A stretch of 32,000 nucleotides of DNA from Phycisphaera mikurensis NBRC 102666. Lineage in GTDB: Bacteria > Planctomycetota > Phycisphaerae > Phycisphaerales > Phycisphaeraceae. The position numbers and the translations under genes are program-made. The DNA is taken from positions 2,580,001 to 2,612,000 of the forward strand of contig NC_017080.1 of NCBI RefSeq assembly GCF_000284115.1, in the 5' to 3' direction. The notes beneath the pieces were generated by a model. The model was not told where the DNA came from and did not search any database. It was given only the letters and a program-made list of their open reading frames with translations. Within the stretch, counting starts at the first letter, position 1. Each line of letters begins with the position of its first letter. Shown here piece after piece: positions 6,881-14,685 of the stretch.

Positions 6881-7408
6881 GTGATCAACTCCATGTCTGA
6901 AGCCGATCCGCGTCCTTGTCCCGTCACTCTTGATTCCAACTGCAGCCTTTCGGGAACGTTGCACATCCGCGGCGACGTGCTCCTTCTCGGCCGCTTCGAA
7001 GGCACCCTCGACGTCGCGGGTCGCCTCGAGGTCGGCCCCGACGCCTCGCTGCACGGGCGGGCGAGGGTGGGCAGCCTCCGCGTGCGTGGCGTGGTGGAGG
7101 CGAAGGTGGTTTCGACCGGAGCCGTCGAGCTCTGCGGCGGCGGGGAGCTGCGCGGCGGCGTGAGCACGCCGCGGCTGCAGGCTGTTGCGGACGCGGTCCC
7201 GGCGGGTTCCGCGGGATCCGCGGACCGCCGGCCGCAGAGCCGGGAGGACGCGGCGGTCCGCGGCGTCGCTCCGCCCGCGGGCGTCGCGCAGCCCGCCGGC
7301 GCCGGATCGGACGAGGGCGCCCGGCCGGCGGCGGCCTACGTGGGGGTGCTGCACCGGCGGACGCGGCGGCGGGTGGGCGCGGCGATGTCTCCAACCTCGA
7401 CGGGTTGA
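6881..7408 (+). CDS. Bactofilin-family polymer-forming cytoskeletal protein
   Basis: 175-aa track ORF (GTG at 6881; alternative ATG at 6893). It shows a beta-helix-type repeat pattern: LSGTLHIRGDVLLLGRFEGTLDVAGRLEVGPDASLHGRARVGSLRVRGVVEAKVVSTGAVELCGGGELRG, followed by a disordered Ala/Gly/Pro/Arg-rich tail. Confidence 0.75.
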   Translation: MINSMSEADPRPCPVTLDSNCSLSGTLHIRGDVLLLGRFEGTLDVAGRLEVGPDASLHGRARVGSLRVRGVVEAKVVSTGAVELCGGGELRGGVSTPRLQAVADAVPAGSAGSADRRPQSREDAAVRGVAPPAGVAQPAGAGSDEGARPAAAYVGVLHRRTRRRVGAAMSPTSTG

Positions 7409-7466
7409 AGCCGGTCGCAGGCGTCGCCGCGCTTGTCCGCGCCGGCCGGATCGGGCCCGCCACATC

Positions 7467-9005
7467 TCAGCGACGCCGCCCCTTGAGCCCGTCGCGGAAG
7501 GTGGCCAGCCGGCGGAACGCGTCCTTCACCTGGACGTCCTCGGTGAGCAGGCCGCTCATCGGCAGCGCCATGTCGGGGTGGTCGATCAGGTCGATCCACG
7601 CGACGGCCTCGACGAAGGGCTTCGAGAGCGCGATCTGGAAGACCGCCTCCAGGAAGTGGCTCTGCACCTGCGTGCTCCAGCGCCGCCGCCAGTGCCCGGA
7701 GCGGTCGTCCGCCGGCCGGCCGTCCGCCGCGGGCGGCATCATCGCGGAGGTCACCGGCTCGCTGGGCACGCCCACCGTGACCTGCAGCGGCTTGCCGAAG
7801 ACGGCGTACTCCTCCAGGAGACAGCTGATCTGCATGAGGTCGCGGGTGTACTGCCCCGGCAGCGCCTGCCCCAGCGGCAGGTGGACCTGGAAGGCGTCGA
7901 AGGGGATGGCGCTCTGGGTGATGAGGTCGGCGTAGACCAGCGGCGGGATCGACCGCTGGTTCTCCGCGTAGTACTCGCCGAAGGGCTGGCGGATCTCGAC
8001 GAGCAGCTTCGCCTGGGGCTGGTGCTTGCGGACGAGCATCGCGGTCATCCGCGTCAGGTCCATCAGCTGCTCGAAGCTGAAGGGGTAGTGGTCGTTGAGG
8101 TGGATCCCGGCGAGCACGTTCCAGCTGCGGACGCGGTTGCCGTACCGGCGGATCACACGCTCGACGTGCTCGTAGCACAGCTCGCGGAGCGTGTCGAAGT
8201 CGTTCTCGAAGAGCGTCAGCCAGTCGGGCACGGCCGAGGGCTCGAAGGAGAGCAGCGGCCCGGCCGTGAGCTGGAGGTCGCGCCGCAGCGAGCTGGCCAG
8301 CCAGCCGTCGAGCAGGGCCCAGTCGTAGCCGTTCTCCTCGGGGCAGAGCAGCCGCCAGGGCACCGGCAGCTGGACGAAGTCGAAGCTGTCGGCGAGGCCC
8401 GAGCGGAGCCGCTCGGGCGTCCGCGGGGTGACGCCGACGCCGACCGGCTGGCGGGGGACGGCGCCGGTCGAGCGGCGGCGGTTGAGCAGGAGTTCGCTGT
8501 GCGCAAGCGCGAGCTCCTCGGTGCCGTCCAGCGCGGCCTCGAGGGCTTGCTGGCCGAGCAGCGCGGCGGCGGCGGGGTCATCCTTCTGCAGGCACAGCGC
8601 CTCGATGAAGCGGGCGCGGGCGGTGCCGGCACGCCGGGTGACCGGGTGCGTGTCCCCGAGGTCGAACATCGCCCACTCCTCGAGCTTGGTGAACAGCAGC
8701 ATCAGCCGGTGCCGGGCGAGCTCGAGCTCCAGGAGGTACGGCTCGTCCCGCTCGGGCAGCAGGCACGTCCGCAGGGACAGCTCCCCGAGATCCCCGCAGG
8801 GGTGCAGCAGCGAGAGCGCGGCGGTCCCGGCGTCGGGCTTCTCGCACCGGATGACCCCGCCCTCGGCCACGATGGTGGACTTGCAGGGGTTGCCGTCGGT
8901 GCCGAGCAGCAGCACGCTGCGGAGGGAAGCCTGCGGGGGATCTGCGCCTCGCTCGCCGGAGCCCGCGGAGCCGAGCGTCTGCGGATGGACGATGAAGCTG
9001 AGCAT
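7467..9005 (-). CDS. Cytoplasmic TIM-barrel glycoside-hydrolase-like protein (GH10/xylanase-like layout); function unknown
   Basis: C-terminal 512 codons of track ORF 7467..11441, from the ATG at 9005 (MLSFIVHPQ...). Segment FDFVQLPVPWRLLCPEENGYDWALLDGWL...ELCYEHVERVIRRYGNRVRSWNVLAG...DAFQVHLPLG...GKPLQVTVGVPS resembles the GH10 beta-strand order. No signal peptide. High GC3. Confidence 0.6.
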   Translation of the reverse strand: MLSFIVHPQTLGSAGSGERGADPPQASLRSVLLLGTDGNPCKSTIVAEGGVIRCEKPDAGTAALSLLHPCGDLGELSLRTCLLPERDEPYLLELELARHRLMLLFTKLEEWAMFDLGDTHPVTRRAGTARARFIEALCLQKDDPAAAALLGQQALEAALDGTEELALAHSELLLNRRRSTGAVPRQPVGVGVTPRTPERLRSGLADSFDFVQLPVPWRLLCPEENGYDWALLDGWLASSLRRDLQLTAGPLLSFEPSAVPDWLTLFENDFDTLRELCYEHVERVIRRYGNRVRSWNVLAGIHLNDHYPFSFEQLMDLTRMTAMLVRKHQPQAKLLVEIRQPFGEYYAENQRSIPPLVYADLITQSAIPFDAFQVHLPLGQALPGQYTRDLMQISCLLEEYAVFGKPLQVTVGVPSEPVTSAMMPPAADGRPADDRSGHWRRRWSTQVQSHFLEAVFQIALSKPFVEAVAWIDLIDHPDMALPMSGLLTEDVQVKDAFRRLATFRDGLKGRRR

Positions 9006-9230
9006 CGGGCGGCGGCAGGCGGGAGCGGGCGTGGCGACACGCGGCCGCGCCCTCCCGCGGGAGGCTAATCGGCAAGGCGGCCCGGCGTGGCGTCCGCCGC
9101 CGCGGGGCGGCCCGGCCCCCAGCGGCGACCCCGCCCCGGGCCGCGCGTGATGACCTCCTCCCGCGAGGCGGTACGCTGCCGCCCGCGGCGGATGCCGCTC
9201 CGAAGCCCCACCTCCTCCCCGGACCTGCCC

Positions 9231-11474
9231 ATGCCCGTCAAGCGTCGCGTTCCCCAGGCCAACCCGGGCACGCCGGGCCGCACCCGGCCCGTGCACCCGG
9301 CCCTCGCCCCCGCCCGCCGCGCCCTGCTCTGCGGCCTCCTCGCGGCCGCACCGCTGGGCGTGCTGACCGGCCCCGAGGCCTGCGCCCAGGACGCGGCCGC
9401 CGCGGTCGATCCCGAAGCCGAGCGGCTCTGGAACGACTTCTCCCACTACGTGCTGATCGCCCGGCCCGGGCTCGCCGCCACGGCGGCCGACGCGCTGCTG
9501 AAGCTCGACGACGCGGCGGTGCTCGCCGCCGTCGAGGCCGACGACCGCTCCAGCCGCCGCGTGTTCGAGCGTGCGGCGGGCATGGGTGACACCGCGCCGG
9601 TGGCGGCCCGCCTCGAGGAGAAGATCGCCAGCGCCGCCCGCGCACAGGCCCGCGACCCCGAGCGGATCCGCGCCGAGGTCGACGGCCTTGGCAACAGCCA
9701 GCGCGCCTTCGCCACGGGCGTCGACCGGCTGACGGCCGCCGGCGCTTACGCCGCGCCGGAGCTGCTCTCGCGGCTGCGCGACCCGCAGGCCTCCGACCTC
9801 CACCCTTACATCCTCGAGGCGATGCAGGCCATCGGCCAGCCGCTGGTGGCGCCGCTCTCGGTCGCCCTGCCCGAGCTCCCGCCGGTCCCCCAGGGACAGG
9901 TGGCCCGCGTGCTCGCCGAGATCGGCTACCCCGAGGCGCTGCCGGCGCTGCAGGCGACCGCGCTGGCCCCCGACGGCGACGGCGACGCCCGCCGACGCGC
10001 CGCCCGCGCCTTCGCCTCCATCGCCGCGTCGGCCGGCGTCAGCACCTCCACGCTCCCCGCGCCGCTCTACACGGGGCTGGGCAACGCGGCGTACGCGTTG
10101 GGGGCCCGCGGCGAGATGCCGCCGGGCTTCGATCCGGTCAGCGGCACCGGTGCGGTCTGGGTTTGGAGCGACCCCGTCGGGCTCGTGCCCATCGAGGTGC
10201 CCGGCCCGCTCTACGCCGATGCGCTGGCTCGGGCCGCCGCGACGCTCGCCCTTGGGATCGACGCGACCCACACGCCGGCGCTCACGCTGTTCCTCTCCGC
10301 CGACCTGCGCTCGGGCATCACCGCCCGGCAGCAGCTCGGCGGCGCGGCCGACCCGAGCCGCGACGACGACCTCAAGCCCGCCGACTACTACCTGTCGCTC
10401 GCCGGCCCGGAGCGTGCCCGCGACGTGCTGCGTCGCGCTCTCCAAGACGGCGACGCCGGCCTCGCGCTCGCGGCCATCGACGGCTTCGCGGGCACGAGCG
10501 ACGCGGGCAGCCTGGCGCCGCTCGCCGACGCCCTGGATGCTCCGGACCGCCGCGTGCGCTTCGCCGCGGCGTCCGCCCTCGCCGCGGCCCGGCCCACCGA
10601 AGGCTTCTCGGGCGACCGGGCGGTCGTGCCGACGCTGGCCGCCGCGGTCCGCCGCGACGGTCAGCGGTACGCGGTGGTGATCGCATCCGATGAGGGCGTC
10701 CGCAGCACCCTCGCCGACGCGGCGTCGTCGGCCGGCTACGAGCCGCTGCTCGGCGGCAGCCTCGCGGAGGTCCAGCCGCAGGTCGAGCAGGTCCCCGGCG
10801 TCGACCTGATCCTCGCCCGGGGCAGCGCCGACGACATCTCCGGCCTCGCCAGCGCCACCCGCGGCTTGCCCGTCCTGGGTGGCGCTCCGATCGTGGCCTA
10901 CGCCTCCGCGGCCGATCAGGTGGCGCTGGAGGGCCGCTTCGGGCCGTCCAGCCGGGTGACCAGCGTCGTGGGCGATATCGACTCGGACTCCATGCAGGCC
11001 GCCGGCCGGGCCGCCATCGAGCGGTCCGGTGGTGAACCGGTCGCCGGGCCCGAGGCCGAGGCGCAGGCCCTGGAGGCGCTCCGCCTGATCCGCGAGCTGG
11101 CGCTGGACGGGTCGACGGTGCTCGACGCCGACGCCGCGCTGCCCGCGGTCACCGCCGCGCTCGAAGACGGCCGCGAAGCCGTCGCCACCGCCGCGGGCGA
11201 GGCCGCCGCGACGCTCGACGACCGCTCGGCCCAGTCGGCGCTCGCCGACGCGGCGTTGCGGGCCTCGGGCGCCGTGCAGGTGGCCCACCTCCACGCGCTC
11301 GCGGCGTCGGCCGTCCGCCACGGCAACCTGCTGTCCGCGGACTTCGGCGACCGTCTGCTCGACCTGGTGAAGAACAGCGACGGCGACACGGCCCTCGCCG
11401 CGTCGCGGGCCCACGGGGCGTTGACGCTGCCGACCGAGCACGCCGTCGAGCTGATCCTCGCCGCCTCGCGCTGA
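9231..11474 (+). CDS. Secreted HEAT/ARM-like repeat protein, function unknown
   Basis: Track ORF 9087..11474. The ATG at 9231 gives a basic N-region plus signal peptide (RRALLCGLLAAAPLGVLTGPEACAQD). HEAT-like motifs are present (ARVLAEIGYPEALPALQ; DAPDRRVRFAAASALAAARP). High GC3, whereas the antisense 1324-aa ORF is Arg/Gly junk. Alternative starts at 9087 and 9192. Confidence 0.7.
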   Translation: MPVKRRVPQANPGTPGRTRPVHPALAPARRALLCGLLAAAPLGVLTGPEACAQDAAAAVDPEAERLWNDFSHYVLIARPGLAATAADALLKLDDAAVLAAVEADDRSSRRVFERAAGMGDTAPVAARLEEKIASAARAQARDPERIRAEVDGLGNSQRAFATGVDRLTAAGAYAAPELLSRLRDPQASDLHPYILEAMQAIGQPLVAPLSVALPELPPVPQGQVARVLAEIGYPEALPALQATALAPDGDGDARRRAARAFASIAASAGVSTSTLPAPLYTGLGNAAYALGARGEMPPGFDPVSGTGAVWVWSDPVGLVPIEVPGPLYADALARAAATLALGIDATHTPALTLFLSADLRSGITARQQLGGAADPSRDDDLKPADYYLSLAGPERARDVLRRALQDGDAGLALAAIDGFAGTSDAGSLAPLADALDAPDRRVRFAAASALAAARPTEGFSGDRAVVPTLAAAVRRDGQRYAVVIASDEGVRSTLADAASSAGYEPLLGGSLAEVQPQVEQVPGVDLILARGSADDISGLASATRGLPVLGGAPIVAYASAADQVALEGRFGPSSRVTSVVGDIDSDSMQAAGRAAIERSGGEPVAGPEAEAQALEALRLIRELALDGSTVLDADAALPAVTAALEDGREAVATAAGEAAATLDDRSAQSALADAALRASGAVQVAHLHALAASAVRHGNLLSADFGDRLLDLVKNSDGDTALAASRAHGALTLPTEHAVELILAASR

Positions 11475-11672
11475 CCCCCGGGGTCGCCGGAGCGGGAAGC
11501 CGGATCCCGCCGCGGACCGCCCGATCGGCGCGTCGATTTCATGCGCGATCCGCGGGAGGAGGCACCGCGGTTCCGCCGGTCCGCTGCCGTGCGCGGCGGG
11601 CCCCAGCCCCGACCACCCTCGCTCGACGGAGCGGACCGATCACGCACGACGACGCTTTATCCTTTCCTGCCC

Positions 11673-13457
11673 ATGCCCGCGCCCCCCAACCAAGCCCCGA
11701 CTTCCAACCAAGCTCCGACCTCCAACCGTGCTCCGACCCCCGCCCCCACGACCGCACCGCCGGCGGCCTCTTCGGGCCTGAACCGCTACTCCGCAAGGAT
11801 CACGCAGCCGCGGTCGCAGGGCGCCTCGCAGGCGATGCTCTACGCCACCGGCTTCTCCGCGGAGGACATGGCCAAGGCCCAGGTGGGCATCGCCGCGTGC
11901 TGGTACGAGGGCAACCCCTGCAACATGCACCTCAACGGCCTCGCCGACGAGGTCAAAGCGGGCGTCACGGGCACCGGCCTCGTGGGCATGCGGTTCAACA
12001 CGATCGGCGTCAGCGACGGCATCTCGATGGGCACCGACGGCATGAGCTTCTCGCTGCAGTCGCGCGACCTCATCGCCGACTCCATCGAGACCGTGTGCGG
12101 CGCCCAGTGGTACGACGGCCTGATCGCCCTGCCCGGCTGCGACAAGAACATGCCCGGCACCGTCATCGCGATGGGCCGGCTCAACCGCCCCGCCATCATG
12201 GTCTACGGCGGCACGATCCGGGCCGGCTGCACGCGCCTGCAGGACCAGGACGAGGTGCTGGACATCGTTTCGGCCTTCCAGAGCTACGGCCAGGCGCTCG
12301 CGAACAAGATCACCGAGGAAGAGCGGCAAGACATCGTCGCCAAGAGCTGCCCCGGCGCCGGGGCCTGCGGCGGCATGTACACCGCGAACACGATGGCCTC
12401 CGCCATCGAGGCCCTCGGCCTGTCGCTGCCGTACTCCTCGTGCACGCCGGCGGACGACCCCGAGAAGCTCGACGAGTGCCGCCGCGCCGGCGCCGCCATG
12501 CACGACCTGCTGGAAGCCGATCTCAAGCCCCGCGACGTCGTCACCCGGACCAGCTTCGAGAACGCGATGGTGCTCATCACCGCCCTGGGCGGCAGCACCA
12601 ACGCCGTGCTCCACCTGATCGCCATGGCGCACGCCTTCGGCATCGAGCTGGGCCTCGACGACTTCCTGGCCGTGTCGGAACGGATCCCGCTCATCGCCGA
12701 CCTGAAGCCCTCGGGCCGGTACGTGATGGAGGACCTGCACCGGGTCGGGGGCATCCCCGCCGTCATGAAGGTGCTGCTCGCCGAGGGCCTGCTCGACGGC
12801 AGCCAGCGGACGATCACCACGCGAACGCTCGCCGAGAACCTCGCCGACTGCCCGGCGCTCACGGCCGGCCAGGACGTCATCCGCCCCCTGGGCGACCCGC
12901 TCAAGGCGACCGGCCACATCAGCATCCTCCGCGGCAACCTCGCCCCCGGCGGTGCCGTCGGCAAGATCACCGGGAAGCAGGGCCTCCGCTTCTCGGGCCC
13001 CGCCCGCGTCTTCGATTCCGAGGAGGACATGCTTGCCGGGCTCGAGGCCGGCGGCATCCACAGCGGCGACGTCATCATCATCCGCTACGAGGGCCCCCGC
13101 GGCGGGCCCGGCATGCCCGAGATGCTGACGCCAACCAGCGCCCTCGCCGGGGCCGGCTTCCTCGACGACGTGGCGCTGATCACCGATGGCCGCTTCTCCG
13201 GCGGCAGCCACGGCTTCATCATCGGCCACGCCGTCCCCGAAGCGCAGGAAGGCGGCCCCATCGCGCTGGTCGCCGACGGCGACGTCGTCACCATCGACGA
13301 TCAGCAGCACGAGATCTCCTTCGACGTCTCCGACGAGGAGCTGGCCCGCCGCCGCGCCGCCTGGTCCGCCCCGCCGCCGAAGGCCACCCGCGGGACGCTG
13401 GCGAAGTACGTGAAGCTGGTGAGCGACGCCAGCCTCGGCTGCGTGACGGACGCGTGA
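11673..13457 (+). CDS. ilvD: Dihydroxy-acid dehydratase
   Basis: [26 protein letters not shown]...GNPCNMHL...[29 protein letters not shown]...[10 protein letters not shown]...[16 protein letters not shown]...[12 protein letters not shown]. These are canonical IlvD motifs. The ATG at 11673 is the nearest start upstream of the conserved core. It adds a Pro/Thr/Ala-rich leader. Confidence 0.92.
   Translation: MPAPPNQAPTSNQAPTSNRAPTPAPTTAPPAASSGLNRYSARITQPRSQGASQAMLYATGFSAEDMAKAQVGIAACWYEGNPCNMHLNGLADEVKAGVTGTGLVGMRFNTIGVSDGISMGTDGMSFSLQSRDLIADSIETVCGAQWYDGLIALPGCDKNMPGTVIAMGRLNRPAIMVYGGTIRAGCTRLQDQDEVLDIVSAFQSYGQALANKITEEERQDIVAKSCPGAGACGGMYTANTMASAIEALGLSLPYSSCTPADDPEKLDECRRAGAAMHDLLEADLKPRDVVTRTSFENAMVLITALGGSTNAVLHLIAMAHAFGIELGLDDFLAVSERIPLIADLKPSGRYVMEDLHRVGGIPAVMKVLLAEGLLDGSQRTITTRTLAENLADCPALTAGQDVIRPLGDPLKATGHISILRGNLAPGGAVGKITGKQGLRFSGPARVFDSEEDMLAGLEAGGIHSGDVIIIRYEGPRGGPGMPEMLTPTSALAGAGFLDDVALITDGRFSGGSHGFIIGHAVPEAQEGGPIALVADGDVVTIDDQQHEISFDVSDEELARRRAAWSAPPPKATRGTLAKYVKLVSDASLGCVTDA
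11686..11739 (+). repeat. 3 x 18-bp in-frame tandem repeat (CCAACCAAGCYCCGACYT-like) at the 5' end of ilvD
   Basis: Units at 11686-11703, 11704-11721 and 11722-11739. Translated in the ilvD frame they give [19 protein letters not shown]. Confidence 0.9.
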
Positions 13458-13494
13458 GCCGGCGGCTTCGGGCTCGCCGCGTACAACCACGGCC

Positions 13495-14538
13495 ATGCCG
13501 AAGCTCCACCCCCCCGCCACGCCCCACCCCGGAGGCGTGCTCGCCGAGATGGAGCCGCGGCTCGCCCGCGTCCGCGCCCGCTTCGACGCCGAGCTGCTCA
13601 GCGACCTGGACTGCGTGAACCGCCTGGTTGACCGCGTCCGCCGCTTCCGGGGGAAGATGCTGCGGCCGGTGCTGGTGCTGCTCGCCCACGACGCGCTGCT
13701 CGGGGGCGAGGCGACACCCGGCCAAGCCGAGGCCGCCGAGGCGCTGGCGGCGGTGATGGAGATGGTCCACATGGCGACGCTCGTCCACGACGACGTGCTC
13801 GACGACGCCGACGCCCGACGCGGCGGCGCGACCGTGAACCAGCTCGCGGGCAACGAGGCGGCGGTGATGCTCGGCGACGTGCTCATCAGCCACAGCTACC
13901 ACCTGTGCTGCGGGCTCGGGAATCCCGCGCTCGCCCGCGGGGTGGCCGCCGCGACCAACGCGGTGTGCGAGGGTGAGCTGCTGCAGCTCTCGCTCCGCGG
14001 CGACTTCCGCCTCGGCGAGCGCACCTACCTGGAGGTGATCGCCCGCAAGACCGCGGCGCTTACCGAGGCGTGCTGCCGGCTGCCCGCCCGCCTGCTCGGC
14101 GTGGACGAGGCCGATCCGCGGGTGGTCGCGCTCTCGGGCTACGGGCGCAAGCTGGGCATGGCGTTCCAGGTCGTCGACGACCTGCTCGACTTGGAGGGCG
14201 ACCCGGCGCTCGTCGGCAAGACGCTGGGCCTGGACCTCGCCCGGGGCAAGCTGACGCTGCCGGTGATCCGGTGGCTGGAGGGGCTGCCGCCGGATCGGCG
14301 GGAGGCGGCGATCGGCCGGCTGGGCGACGCGGGCGACGCGGGCGTTGGCCGCGGCGGGCGCGAGGCCGAGCGGCTGCGGCGCGAGGTGCTCGTCAGCGAG
14401 GGGCCGGCGCTGGCGCGGGAGCGGGCCGCGGCGATGGCCGACACCGCCGCGGACGAGCTGCGGCGGGCATTGCCCGCCGGCGAGGCGCGGGACCGGCTGC
14501 TGGACCTGGCCTCCGCCCTGCTCGCACGCCGGCGCTGA
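13495..14538 (+). CDS. Polyprenyl diphosphate synthase (long-chain trans-isoprenyl diphosphate synthase, octa/heptaprenyl type)
   Basis: 347 aa with an ATG start. First Asp-rich motif LVHDDVLDDADARRG and second motif FQVVDDLLD. GKMLRP near the N-terminus. Confidence 0.88.
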   Translation: MPKLHPPATPHPGGVLAEMEPRLARVRARFDAELLSDLDCVNRLVDRVRRFRGKMLRPVLVLLAHDALLGGEATPGQAEAAEALAAVMEMVHMATLVHDDVLDDADARRGGATVNQLAGNEAAVMLGDVLISHSYHLCCGLGNPALARGVAAATNAVCEGELLQLSLRGDFRLGERTYLEVIARKTAALTEACCRLPARLLGVDEADPRVVALSGYGRKLGMAFQVVDDLLDLEGDPALVGKTLGLDLARGKLTLPVIRWLEGLPPDRREAAIGRLGDAGDAGVGRGGREAERLRREVLVSEGPALARERAAAMADTAADELRRALPAGEARDRLLDLASALLARRR

Positions 14539-14588
14539 CGCCGGGCGGACGCCGCCGCGCCAGGCGTGCGCGGGCGTAGCCTCGCGCT

Positions 14589-14614
14589 CCGGCACCGTGC
14601 CCGGTGCGGCTTTT
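14589..14614 (+). terminator. Candidate intrinsic terminator after the polyprenyl synthase gene
   Basis: GCACCG (14592-14597) pairs with CGGTGC (14602-14607) across a 4-nt loop. CC/GG can extend the stem over a bulge. It is followed by C-TTTT (14611-14614). The T-tract is short and the signal weak. Confidence 0.3.
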
Positions 14615-14685
14615 CATCCGGGCCCGCCCTCCTGCCGATGCAACCCGGGCCCCGGGCCCGCGGCCCGCCCTCCCCCGGCTCCAGC

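Noticed and set aside
9006-11441. Upstream two-thirds of the 1324-aa minus-strand track ORF (7467..11441), as part of one giant gene
   Set aside because: The translation is Arg/Gly/Ala/Val low-complexity, typical of the antisense frame of a high-GC3 gene. The plus-strand HEAT-repeat ORF has the signal peptide, repeat motifs and GC3 pattern. Only the segment downstream of the ATG at 9005 looks like a real protein.
11541-11672. The most upstream start (11541) for ilvD
   Set aside because: It would add 44 Arg/Pro-rich residues ([20 protein letters not shown]...) crossing what looks like the promoter-proximal AT-richer patch. The ATG at 11673 is the closest start upstream of the conserved core.
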